A program made the position numbers and the translations under genes. Below are positions 1 through 8,001 of a stretch of DNA of 32,000 nt, in pieces (position 1 is the first letter of the stretch; the number at the start of each line of letters is the position of its first letter). The notes under the pieces were generated by a model that was not told the DNA's origin, did no database searches, and was given only the letters and a program-made list of their open reading frames with translations. The stretch is from Sedimentisphaera cyanobacteriorum (GTDB lineage: Bacteria; Planctomycetota; Phycisphaerae; Sedimentisphaerales; Sedimentisphaeraceae), in the NCBI RefSeq assembly GCF_001997385.1, contig NZ_CP019633.1, positions 420,001 to 452,000 on the forward strand. Direction: 5' to 3'.

Positions 1-615
1 AGCAGCGGTGGGGCAGATATTAACGCACTGCCCGCAGGCTGCGCAAACGCTCTCGCTCATCGGCATATCAAAAGCCGGCATTACAACTGTCTTAAACCCT
101 CTGTTGGCAAGGCCGAGATTAGTTACTTCCTGTATCTCTGAGCACATCCTTACGCATCTGCCGCAGAGAATACATTTGTTGGGATTCCGAACCACTGAGA
201 TAGAGGAATAGTCCTCGTTGTATTCTTTTCTCTCGCCTTCGAAATGCCTTTTCTGAATGCCGACAGATGAGGAAAGCCTCTGGAGCTCGCATATACCGTC
301 TCTCTCGCAGGTATGGCAGTCCTGCGGGTGATTATCGAGGATAAGCTCAACGATATCCCGCCTTGCCCGCCTTACCTCGGGGGTGTTGGTATATATCTTC
401 ATTCCGTCTCTAACCGGCGTAGCACAGGAGGCCGAGAAGTTTCTCGCACCTTCCACCTGCACAATACAAACCCTGCATGCCCCTTCGATTGAGAGCTTGG
501 GGTGATAGCAGAGTCTCGGTATTTTGTAGCCGAGTTTGTCTGCGGCCTGCATAATCGTCTGGCCGGGTTCCACTTTATATTCTATGTCGTCTATGTGTAT
601 GGTTATTAAATCCAT
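1..615 (-). CDS. N-terminal Fe-S module of a HydA/HndD-type [FeFe]-hydrogenase catalytic subunit (NuoG/FdhA-like alternative not excluded); 3' end beyond window
   Basis: Absent from the ORF track because it has no stop in the window. Manual minus-strand translation from the ATG at 613-615 is open to position 1. It reads MDLITIHIDDIEYKVEPGQTIMQAADKLGYKIPRLCYHPKLSIEGACRVCIVQVEG...NHPQDCHTCERDGICELQ...NPNKCILCGRCVRMC...CAACGQCVNICPTAA. That gives a 2Fe-2S ferredoxin Cys pattern, an H-x3-C-x2-C-x5-C cluster motif and two 4Fe-4S motifs. A GAGGA Shine-Dalgarno lies upstream, and the start is 5 nt after the stop of the NuoF-like gene. The H-cluster domain is not visible, so the hydrogenase call rests on synteny. 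Confidence 0.75.
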   Translation of the reverse strand, partial: MDLITIHIDDIEYKVEPGQTIMQAADKLGYKIPRLCYHPKLSIEGACRVCIVQVEGARNFSASCATPVRDGMKIYTNTPEVRRARRDIVELILDNHPQDCHTCERDGICELQRLSSSVGIQKRHFEGERKEYNEDYSSISVVRNPNKCILCGRCVRMCSEIQEVTNLGLANRGFKTVVMPAFDMPMSESVCAACGQCVNICPTAA

Positions 616-620
616 TTGTC

Positions 621-2507
621 TTATCCTCTGTCAACTGCACCGAATTTACAAACTTCGTAACATTGTCCGCACTTAATGCATTTTTCCTGATCGATAACGT
701 GCTTGCCTTTTTTCTCGCCGCTGATTGCATCAACAGGGCAGGCCTTTTTGCAGGCACCGCAGCCCACGCAATTGTCGTTAATGCTGTATCCGAGAAGCGC
801 GCTGCAGACGCCCGCACGGCATTTCTTCTCTTCAATATGTTCCACATACTCATCCCTGAAGTTTTTGATCGTGCTGAGCACAGGATTCGGGGCAGACTGC
901 CCGAGCCCGCACAGCGAAGACTTCTGGATCATTGTTCCGAGTCTTTCGAGCTTCTCGATATCGCCAGGGCGGCCTTTGCCCTCAGTGATTCGTGTGAGAA
1001 TCTCGAGCATTCGCTTTGTCCCTTCACGGCAGGGCGTGCACTTTCCGCAGGATTCATCCTGAGTGAATTCGAGGAAAAACTTCGCCACATCCACCATGCA
1101 GGATGTCTCGTCCATTACGATCATACCTCCGGAGCCCATAATAGAACCCGCTGCTGCGAGGGAGTCGTAGTCGATTTTTGTTTCCAGATAGCTTGCCGGA
1201 AGGCAGCCGCCTGAAGGACCGCCGGTCTGAACGGCTTTGAATTCTTTCCCGTCCGGTATTCCGCCGCCTATATCATAAACCATCTCTCTGAGCGTTGTTC
1301 CCATCGGAACTTCAACGAGCCCTGTATTGTAAACTCTTCCAGCAAGAGCGAACACCTTAGTTCCCTTGCTCTTTTCCGTTCCAACTGTGGAAAACCAGTC
1401 TGTCCCGTCGAGCATTAAAGCAGGTATGTTAGACCACGTCTCAACATTGTTGATAAGTGTTGGCTTGCCGAACAAGCCGGACTCGGACGGGTAAGGAGGT
1501 CTCGGCTTGGGCATACCTCTGCGTCCTTCAATTGAATGGATAAGGGCGGTTTCCTCGCCGCATACGAAAGCTCCAGCACCGAGTCTGAGCTCTACATCGA
1601 ATGAAAATCCGGAACCGAGGATGTTTTCCCCGAGAAGCCCCTTTTCTTTTGCCTGCCCGATTGCAATTTCGAGCCTCTTAATAGCAAGCGGGTATTCAGC
1701 ACGGATATAGATGATCCCGTTTGTGGCTCCGATTGCGTATGCGCCTATAAGCATACCCTCAAGCACTGAATGCGGATCGCCTTCGATAGTGCTTCTGTCC
1801 ATAAATGCTCCGGGGTCGCCTTCGTCAGCGTTGCATATAACGTACATCTCCTCGTCTTGGAATTTAGCGGTGATATCCCATTTAAGACCTGTAGGGAAAC
1901 CTGCGCCGCCTCTGCCGCGAAGACCGGATTCTTTAACTTTTTCAATAACATTTGCGGCTTTATGGTTTTTAAGCACATCTGCAAGTGCTTCATATCCTCG
2001 ATTGTGAATATATTCATCAATATTTTCAGGGTCAATGATTCCGCAGTTTCTCAGAGCAATTCTAAGCTGCTTGCCGAATACCGGCAGATCGCCGAACCTG
2101 CCGTAAGAGCGGTTATGCAGATCATCGCTTTCGGGCTTTTCGCTGCCGCATTCGCCCTGGAGCCATTCTGTGATTACCTCTCCGCCTATAAGATGCTTCT
2201 GAACTATCTCAGACGCCTTTTCCGGCGTTACTTTTATATATCTGTATGATTTTCCGCCTGTAACTACCTCTATCGTAGGCTCTACATTACACCTGCCGGC
2301 GCAGCCCTTACGTGAAACCCGGGTATCCTTAAGCTCGCCGGATTCTATAGCATCGTTGAACACCTTCATTGCTTCACGGGAACCTGCTGCGATCTCGCAG
2401 GTTGCCATACCAACGAATATCTCGTGTTTTATCCCTTCGCGCTCGTGCTGATAAGATTTATCAGCTCCGCTGCGCATTTCTTTAATAGCTTGGATTGGAT
2501 CTGACAC
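621..2507 (-). CDS. NuoF-like flavoprotein subunit of an NAD(P)-linked/bifurcating [FeFe] hydrogenase (HydB/HndC type), 628 aa, GTG start
   Basis: The N-terminal thioredoxin-like 2Fe-2S domain reads GMATCEIAAGS...KGCAGRCNVEPTIEV. The NuoF core shows the FMN/NADH motif GLRGRGGAGFPTGLKW and the SLBB region. The N3-like cluster reads ESCGKCTPCREG. A C-terminal 2x[4Fe-4S] ferredoxin reads CVGCGACKKACP...CIKCGQCYEVC. Confidence 0.9.
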   Translation of the reverse strand: MSDPIQAIKEMRSGADKSYQHEREGIKHEIFVGMATCEIAAGSREAMKVFNDAIESGELKDTRVSRKGCAGRCNVEPTIEVVTGGKSYRYIKVTPEKASEIVQKHLIGGEVITEWLQGECGSEKPESDDLHNRSYGRFGDLPVFGKQLRIALRNCGIIDPENIDEYIHNRGYEALADVLKNHKAANVIEKVKESGLRGRGGAGFPTGLKWDITAKFQDEEMYVICNADEGDPGAFMDRSTIEGDPHSVLEGMLIGAYAIGATNGIIYIRAEYPLAIKRLEIAIGQAKEKGLLGENILGSGFSFDVELRLGAGAFVCGEETALIHSIEGRRGMPKPRPPYPSESGLFGKPTLINNVETWSNIPALMLDGTDWFSTVGTEKSKGTKVFALAGRVYNTGLVEVPMGTTLREMVYDIGGGIPDGKEFKAVQTGGPSGGCLPASYLETKIDYDSLAAAGSIMGSGGMIVMDETSCMVDVAKFFLEFTQDESCGKCTPCREGTKRMLEILTRITEGKGRPGDIEKLERLGTMIQKSSLCGLGQSAPNPVLSTIKNFRDEYVEHIEEKKCRAGVCSALLGYSINDNCVGCGACKKACPVDAISGEKKGKHVIDQEKCIKCGQCYEVCKFGAVDRG

Positions 2508-2558
2508 CTTTATCCTATCCTTTCAAAAGATTCACTAATAACTTGTTTTAATACGCCT

Positions 2559-2582
2559 AAAAAAACTGCGTTTGACCGCAGT
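2559..2582 (-). terminator. Short rho-independent terminator/attenuator directly after rex
   Basis: The minus strand reads TGA-A-ACTGCG-GTCAAA-CGCAGT-TTTTTTT: a 6-bp stem, 6-nt loop and U-run. It lies only about 50 nt upstream of the hydB-like start. Confidence 0.45.
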
Positions 2583-2583
2583 T

Positions 2584-3231
2584 TCAAATATCATCTATAT
2601 TCTGAGCTTTGTTCTTCTCTGCAGCTATTACGTAATAGATGAGGTTTTCAAGCTCCATCTCGAGGTTGATATTGTTTATCACCACCTCGTCGCTGCTGCC
2701 CAGATTTATCGGGGCAAAGTTCAATACGCCCTTTATCCCCGCTTTTTTCATCACTTCAAACACCTGCTGAGCGGCCACATCCGGCACCGAAATAACACCC
2801 AGCTTTATGCGGTTTTTTTCTATATATTCCTCAAGCTTTTCAAAGGGGTAAACAGGGATCTCTGCATCCTCATCAACCTTTGAGCTGTCTATGTCGAAGG
2901 CTGCATCTATCTTTATAGATTCCTTCTCAAAACCCTTATAGCTCATCAGAGCCTTGCCTATATTTCCAAAGCCCACTATAATTACTTTGTGAACCTCGTG
3001 CTTGCCGAAGATTGTGTTCATCTGTTCGACCAAATCGTCAATGTTGTAGCCGCCTCGCTTGTTGCCTGTAATTCCGAACAGTGAGAAATCTTTTCGAACC
3101 TGTGCAGAAGAGGTTCCCGTTGCATCTGCAAGATTGCTCGAAAATACCTTAACAAAACCGAGCGATTTCAGCCTTGTCAAAGCGTTTTTATAACGCGAAA
3201 TCCTTACAATGCAGTTTTTGTTAGTTGCCAT
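2584..3231 (-). CDS. rex: Redox-sensing transcriptional repressor Rex
   Basis: The N-terminal winged helix reads RISRYKNALTRLKSLGFVKVFSSNLADATGTSSAQVRKDFSLFGITGNKRGGYNIDDL. A Rossmann NADH-binding motif VIIVGFGNIGKAL follows. The 215 aa length is typical of Rex. Confidence 0.9.
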   Translation of the reverse strand: MATNKNCIVRISRYKNALTRLKSLGFVKVFSSNLADATGTSSAQVRKDFSLFGITGNKRGGYNIDDLVEQMNTIFGKHEVHKVIIVGFGNIGKALMSYKGFEKESIKIDAAFDIDSSKVDEDAEIPVYPFEKLEEYIEKNRIKLGVISVPDVAAQQVFEVMKKAGIKGVLNFAPINLGSSDEVVINNINLEMELENLIYYVIAAEKNKAQNIDDI

Positions 3232-3333
3232 AAAGGCCTTACTCCCGGAAAATTTATTTCCTTGAATAAATCAACACCTAATACCTTTTAATATGTTTAT
3301 TAAAAACATTATAACGCAAAAGTCAAGCTTTTG

Positions 3334-3351
3334 TTGTTCAATTTTTCACAA
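3334..3351. promoter_or_regulatory. Candidate Rex operator upstream of rex (autoregulation)
   Basis: TTGTTCA-ATTT-TTCACAA matches the widely reported Rex consensus TTGTGAA-N4-TTCACAA at 16 of 18 positions, with the right half perfect. It lies about 100 bp upstream of the rex start in an AT-rich intergenic region. Confidence 0.5.
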
Positions 3352-3407
3352 AATCAAAAAATTTTATAACTTTTTTTGTGTTTTGTTTTTCGTTTGGGAA
3401 TACGGTT

Positions 3408-4166
3408 TCAGCAGTAGCACTGGCCGGCAGAATAATTTTCTTTGAGCTGTTCAAGTCTTTTTCTGTCGGTCATAAAGTATTTTACGGGTGTTATTGTTGT
3501 GAATCCGTTCATTATCGCTTCTCTGTCGGTCTCTTCTTGAGCCAGAGCATCTTCCTCGCTCATAATCTGATATGTTTTTTTGCCCTCTTCGCTGATGCCC
3601 TTGAAGTATTTCTCTTTATAAACCTGCTCTGCCTGAGGCACGAAGGCTATCTTCTTTTCGTTAAATTTTCTCAGACAGGGCACGTTGATGTTGTAAACAT
3701 CCCCGGGCTTCATATCGCCAGCCACCATCTCAATCGCCCTGAAGCCTTCCTCTGCTGCCTCTTCGATCGATTCCTGTCCGATTCGTGCGGAAACTGCTAT
3801 TGACGGTATCCCGTAAAAAGCCCCCTCAACAGCTGCTGCAAGCGTGCCTGAATAGAGCATATCCACCCCGGCATTAGAGCCTATGTTCATCCCGGAAACT
3901 ATAAGATCGAATTGCTCATCGAAAAGCTCCAGCACTGCAAGCTTAACGCAGTCAGCAGGCGTCCCTTCGATTGCCCAGCCGGTGAAAAGCCCGTCAACAG
4001 ATGCCTCCTCGCATACTATCGGGCTTAATGTAAGGCTGTGGCTTGCTCCCGATTTGCCGGTTAGAGGAGCTGCCACTTCAACATCTCCAAGTTTGGTTAG
4101 CTGCTGATAAAGGCAGTGGAGAGATTCGCAGAAAATCCCGTCATCGTTGGTAAGTAGAATCCGCAT
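3408..4166 (-). CDS. surE: 5'/3'-nucleotidase SurE
   Basis: The sequence MRILLTNDDGI...GMNIGSNAGVDMLYSGTLAAAVEGAFYGIPSIAVS is the SurE signature. I start at the ATG at 4166 (AGGGG SD 8 nt upstream) rather than the TTG at 4202 used in the ORF track. Confidence 0.9.
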   Translation of the reverse strand: MRILLTNDDGIFCESLHCLYQQLTKLGDVEVAAPLTGKSGASHSLTLSPIVCEEASVDGLFTGWAIEGTPADCVKLAVLELFDEQFDLIVSGMNIGSNAGVDMLYSGTLAAAVEGAFYGIPSIAVSARIGQESIEEAAEEGFRAIEMVAGDMKPGDVYNINVPCLRKFNEKKIAFVPQAEQVYKEKYFKGISEEGKKTYQIMSEEDALAQEETDREAIMNGFTTITPVKYFMTDRKRLEQLKENYSAGQCYC

Positions 4167-4312
4167 ATTGTTTACCCCTGTATTGCTCTTAATTTTTTTC
4201 AAAGTTTAATCACTTTTCCCTTAATATCAAACCATGCGATTTGTTCAAAAAGAATATGTGTTATGTTTTATAATGCATTTTAAAACAGCTTTTGCATTTT
4301 CAAAAACAGCAT

Positions 4313-4338
4313 AAAAAAGGGCGGCTGTATTGCCGCCC
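4313..4338 (-). terminator. Rho-independent terminator after sulfatase 1
   Basis: The minus strand reads GGGCGGC-AATACA-GCCGCCC followed by TTTTTT, 7 nt after the stop at 4346-4348. Confidence 0.6.
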
Positions 4339-4345
4339 TGAATTA

Positions 4346-5968
4346 TTATCTAACGCTTTTCTTGATTTTTGGTCTCCAGCCCGAATTATCCAGAGGATAA
4401 ACACCGTTCTTTTTCGCCCATGAGTCCCAAAGCTCTATCATTTTCTTTTTCAGCTTTGGGTATTTCTCGGAAATATCGTTTAGCTCTGTAGGGTCTTTTT
4501 CTAAATCGTAAAGATACCAAGGACCGGCGTATGGCTTCTTATCCTTCGCCGGAGAAACGAGCTTCCATTTGCCGTATCGTACAGCTCTGTTGGCCTCATG
4601 TTCCCAATAAATCGGTCTGCGAGGCATACTTCCGCCTTTGAAAGCCGGCATAAGGCTTATTCCGTCTGTTTTGTTGATTAGATTGCCCTTGTATTTGCTG
4701 GGATATTCAGCCCCGCCAGCATCGAGGCAAGTGGGCAGAATGTCGATTACATGCCCAAACTCATCTGTATAGCCGCCTTTATTGCCTACCTTTTTAGGCC
4801 AGCGTACAATCAGTGGAGTGGTTATCCCGCCTTCATACGTGTCCTTTTTGTATTTTCTGAAAGGCGTATCGCTTGCATTAGCCCAGTTTATTTTGTAGCT
4901 TTCATTGTCGCCGGGCTTGCCGATGGTTTCGATATTGCCTTTACCAGCAGACTCAGCACAAGCGCCGTTATCGGAAAGGAACATTATCAAGGTGTTGTCA
5001 AGCTCGCCTTTCTCCTTGAGCTTATCAAGCACCTTCCCGAGATTGTAGTCCATGCAGTCGATCTGGCCGGCATACGCTGCCATTCGCTTATCCCAGAGTT
5101 TTTTCTCGTTATCAGGAATATCTTTCCAAGCAGGAACTCTCGGGTCTCTTGGTGAAAGCTTGTAGCTTTCGTCAAAAAGGCCGATCTGTTTCTGCTTTTT
5201 GAATCGTCTCTTTCGCAGCTCATCCCAGCCGATCATATACTTGCCCTGATACTTTTTGAGGTATTTATCCGGCACCTGAAGAGGGCGGTGGGGGGCATAG
5301 AAAGCAAGATACATAAACATCGGGTTGTTCTGATTTTTTTCGAAGTGATTATCTATGTATTCTGCCGCCTCTTCAGCTACTCTGTCTGTGAGGTATTCTC
5401 CGTCTTTGAGCTCAATTCTTTTGTTGTCTCTGGTCATTGTAGGGGTGTTGTAGTAGCTCCCGCCGCCGGTGAGGTGTCCGTAGAAATGATCAAAGCCTCG
5501 CTGAAGCGGCCATGAGGATTTATCCCCGTCTTTGTCCATATTGTTGCTGAAAGTTACATGCCATTTTCCAAGCATATAAGACGTATAACCTGATGGCTTA
5601 AGCCCTTCGGCTATAGTGATGCATTTATCGTTCAGTTCGCCCTGATACGCATCAGTCCCCAGATCAGAGGCAGTCATCCAGCCCATGCCAACGCTGTGCT
5701 GGTATTGTCCGGTAAGCAGAGATGCGCGGGTCGGGCAGCATCTGGCGGTGTTGTAAAATTTCCTGAATCGAACCCCTTCTCCAGCGAGTTTGTCGATATT
5801 AGGCGTTGAAATCTCGCTGCCGTAGCAGCCGAGGTCTGAATAGCCCATGTCATCAACTAAAACTACAAGGATGTTGGGTTTCTTGGTTTTCTTCAATGCA
5901 TCCCCGTATGCTGCCGAGCAGTATGCAAGCGGCAGGGCTTTTAGAAAATCTCTGCGATTTAATGCCAT
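4346..5968 (-). CDS. S1-family (formylglycine-dependent) sulfatase, exported, 540 aa
   Basis: It has an RR-type signal (MALNRRDFLKALP), the metal site VLVDDMGYSDLGCYG, the FGly motif CCPTRASLLTG and GKWH. The late motif reads YLYDLEKDPTELND. Confidence 0.92.
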   Translation of the reverse strand: MALNRRDFLKALPLAYCSAAYGDALKKTKKPNILVVLVDDMGYSDLGCYGSEISTPNIDKLAGEGVRFRKFYNTARCCPTRASLLTGQYQHSVGMGWMTASDLGTDAYQGELNDKCITIAEGLKPSGYTSYMLGKWHVTFSNNMDKDGDKSSWPLQRGFDHFYGHLTGGGSYYNTPTMTRDNKRIELKDGEYLTDRVAEEAAEYIDNHFEKNQNNPMFMYLAFYAPHRPLQVPDKYLKKYQGKYMIGWDELRKRRFKKQKQIGLFDESYKLSPRDPRVPAWKDIPDNEKKLWDKRMAAYAGQIDCMDYNLGKVLDKLKEKGELDNTLIMFLSDNGACAESAGKGNIETIGKPGDNESYKINWANASDTPFRKYKKDTYEGGITTPLIVRWPKKVGNKGGYTDEFGHVIDILPTCLDAGGAEYPSKYKGNLINKTDGISLMPAFKGGSMPRRPIYWEHEANRAVRYGKWKLVSPAKDKKPYAGPWYLYDLEKDPTELNDISEKYPKLKKKMIELWDSWAKKNGVYPLDNSGWRPKIKKSVR

Positions 5969-5980
5969 TAGTGAAGCCTT

Positions 5981-6871
5981 TCAACGATTTTGTAATAAGT
6001 CGAATAGTATATTTGAAAGCTCAACATATTCAGAGGGATTGAGCATCTCGCCTCTAATCCCTGAATTAATGCCGGCTTGCTGGAATACGTTTTCCCAGTC
6101 TTTTATCTGCGATAGTCTCCCGTCCGCTAAACGGCAGCAGGCTCTAAGTGTTTTTCGTCTGTGCCCCATAAGCAGACTCACCGCTTCCTTCAATAGAGAT
6201 ATATCCTTAATGCGTGCGGTTTTTGACAATTTTTTTTCAAATTTCACCATTACCGATTCAACCTTAGGCGGAGGCCAGAAAACCTGAGGCGGAAGAGTTT
6301 TAAGAATTTCAGCTTCTCCAAGAGCCTGAATTATTATGCTCAAAGGCCCGTAGATTTTGCTTCCGCTTTGGGCTGTCATCCGCTGACCAACCTCTTTCTG
6401 TATCGTTACATACATCTGGTCTGCAAAAGGGCTGTCTGTAATAACGTTTATCATAACAGAAGAGGCTATGTTGTAGGGCAGGTTCGCTGCGAGAATCAGC
6501 CTGCCTCCAAGAGCCTCTCGCATTTTTTCCGCTTCAGAAATCAAATCCGGATTGAGCCGATTTTTCGTTTCAAGCGCATCGGCGCAGATTATCTTAACGT
6601 TTTGGAAGTCTTTGAATCGCCGGCTCACGCACTGCCCGAGCAGTTTGTCGTATTCCACTGCCACAACTCTGCCTGCCGCTTCGGCCAGAGCTTCGGTAAG
6701 GCTTCCTGTTCCGGCGCCGATTTCCATCACTGCATCAGTTTTTTTTATCTCGGCCTGAGAAATAAGAAAGTTAATCAGATTTGTATCGAAAAGAAAATTC
6801 TGACCGAGCTTTTTGTCCGGCTTCGCCCCGCACTGGGCAAGTATGCTTTGTATCTGCTGCTTACTCTGCAC
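5981..6871 (-). CDS. rsmA: 16S rRNA (adenine1518/1519-N6)-dimethyltransferase RsmA/KsgA
   Basis: The sequence shows LGQNFLFDTNLINFLI, the SAM motif VMEIGAGTGSLTEAL and NLPYNIAS. Confidence 0.92.
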   Translation of the reverse strand: MQSKQQIQSILAQCGAKPDKKLGQNFLFDTNLINFLISQAEIKKTDAVMEIGAGTGSLTEALAEAAGRVVAVEYDKLLGQCVSRRFKDFQNVKIICADALETKNRLNPDLISEAEKMREALGGRLILAANLPYNIASSVMINVITDSPFADQMYVTIQKEVGQRMTAQSGSKIYGPLSIIIQALGEAEILKTLPPQVFWPPPKVESVMVKFEKKLSKTARIKDISLLKEAVSLLMGHRRKTLRACCRLADGRLSQIKDWENVFQQAGINSGIRGEMLNPSEYVELSNILFDLLQNR

Positions 6872-6876
6872 GTGGA

Positions 6877-7890
6877 CTACTTTTTCGATTGGAATTTGTG
6901 TTTTCGGTCAACCATCATCGCAGCAACCCTGATAGCCATTTTCATACTCGCCTCATCAGCCTTGCCTTTTCCGGCAATATCGAATGCTGTTCCGTGAGCA
7001 GGCGAGGTTCTTATTATAGGAAGGCCAATTGTTACGTTTGTCGCATCGTTCATTGAAAGCGTTTTAACAGGTATCAGCCCCTGGTCGTGATACATTGCAA
7101 GGAATCCGTCATATTTCTCCCTGTTTTCCTTTGAGAAAAGCGTGTCTCCCGGGCTCGGCCCTTCAACATCTATCCCGTTTTCTCTGCTCGCTACCACTGC
7201 AGGCCTTATGATTCTGCTCTCTTCTTTGCCGAATCTTCCCCCTTCGCCTGCGTGCGGGTTGAGCCCGGCAACCGCAATCTTCGGCCGCTCAATTCCGAAA
7301 TATTTTTTCAGCGTCTGATTGAGCAGTTCGAGGGTATTTGTAATTTTCTTAATGCTGAGCCTGCCGGGAACCTCTGATAATGCGCAGTGGATTGTAGCAA
7401 GCGCAACTTTCAGCTCGCTCGATACAAACATCATTGCTGAATCTTTGCAGCCTGTTTTATGGGTTAAAAGTTCGGTATGCCCCGGCCATTTAGCCCCCGC
7501 CATTTTCCAGCTCTGCTTGTGTATAGGCGCAGTTACTAAAGCATCAAGCCTGCCTTCAAGAACATCAGAAACTGCATCACTGCAAAACAGAAGCGAGGCC
7601 CTTCCGGAATCTTCATTCGGCTCTCGCAAGCTTGTTCCTATCGATAAGCCGTAATCAAATACCGTAACCTGATTTTCTTCTTGGGGAAAACTTTTCGGCG
7701 AGCATACAGACCAGAATTTCTCTATTCCAAGCTCGCCGGCAGCCTTTGTTAGATACTTATCACTGCCGTAGATATAGAATCTCCCCTGAAGCCTTATCAC
7801 TGAGTCATAAAGCGCCTTCAATATTATCTCAGGGCCGATACCGTTTAAATCGCCCATTGTTACGGCTATTCTTTTATTGGAGAACAGCAT
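6877..7890 (-). CDS. pdxA: 4-hydroxythreonine-4-phosphate dehydrogenase PdxA
   Basis: The sequence shows IAVTMGDLNGIGPEI, GHTELL, GLNPHAGEGG, MYHDQGLIPVK and RTSPAHGTAFDIAGKGKAD. It sits 5 nt upstream of rsmA, matching the classical pdxA-ksgA synteny. Confidence 0.92.
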   Translation of the reverse strand: MLFSNKRIAVTMGDLNGIGPEIILKALYDSVIRLQGRFYIYGSDKYLTKAAGELGIEKFWSVCSPKSFPQEENQVTVFDYGLSIGTSLREPNEDSGRASLLFCSDAVSDVLEGRLDALVTAPIHKQSWKMAGAKWPGHTELLTHKTGCKDSAMMFVSSELKVALATIHCALSEVPGRLSIKKITNTLELLNQTLKKYFGIERPKIAVAGLNPHAGEGGRFGKEESRIIRPAVVASRENGIDVEGPSPGDTLFSKENREKYDGFLAMYHDQGLIPVKTLSMNDATNVTIGLPIIRTSPAHGTAFDIAGKGKADEASMKMAIRVAAMMVDRKHKFQSKK

Positions 7891-7965
7891 TTTATTTCCT
7901 GCATTAAACTAATGAAAATGTAAATTTTAAGCTTTAAACCTTACAGTTCAACTGATTTCCGTTTC

Positions 7966-7993
7966 TTGTAAATGTTTTTACCTCAGGTATAAT
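7966..7993 (+). promoter_or_regulatory. Sigma70-like promoter for xseA (TTGTAA-16-TATAAT)
   Basis: TTGTAA lies at 7966-7971 and TATAAT at 7988-7993. The xseA ATG is at 8002, only 8 nt after the -10 box, and no SD sequence is present. Confidence 0.35.
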
Positions 7994-8001
7994 TTTTTGT
8001 T

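Noticed and set aside
663-1214. 183-aa plus-strand ORF (and 703-1062, 1711-2007, 1770-2249) overlapping the NuoF-like gene
   Set aside because: It is antisense to a CDS with unmistakable NuoF motifs. The translations are low-complexity (Ala/Arg/Leu/Ser-rich) with no family signature. These are typical shadow ORFs.
2508-2583. Possible second Rex box in the rex-hydB spacer (GATTCACTAATAACTTGT)
   Set aside because: The half-sites are in the wrong relative orientation and match the TTGTGAA-N4-TTCACAA consensus poorly.
6368-6997. 209-aa plus-strand ORF spanning the rsmA/pdxA junction
   Set aside because: It lies opposite two strongly supported genes and crosses their intergenic gap. It has no motifs and no SD, so it is a shadow ORF.
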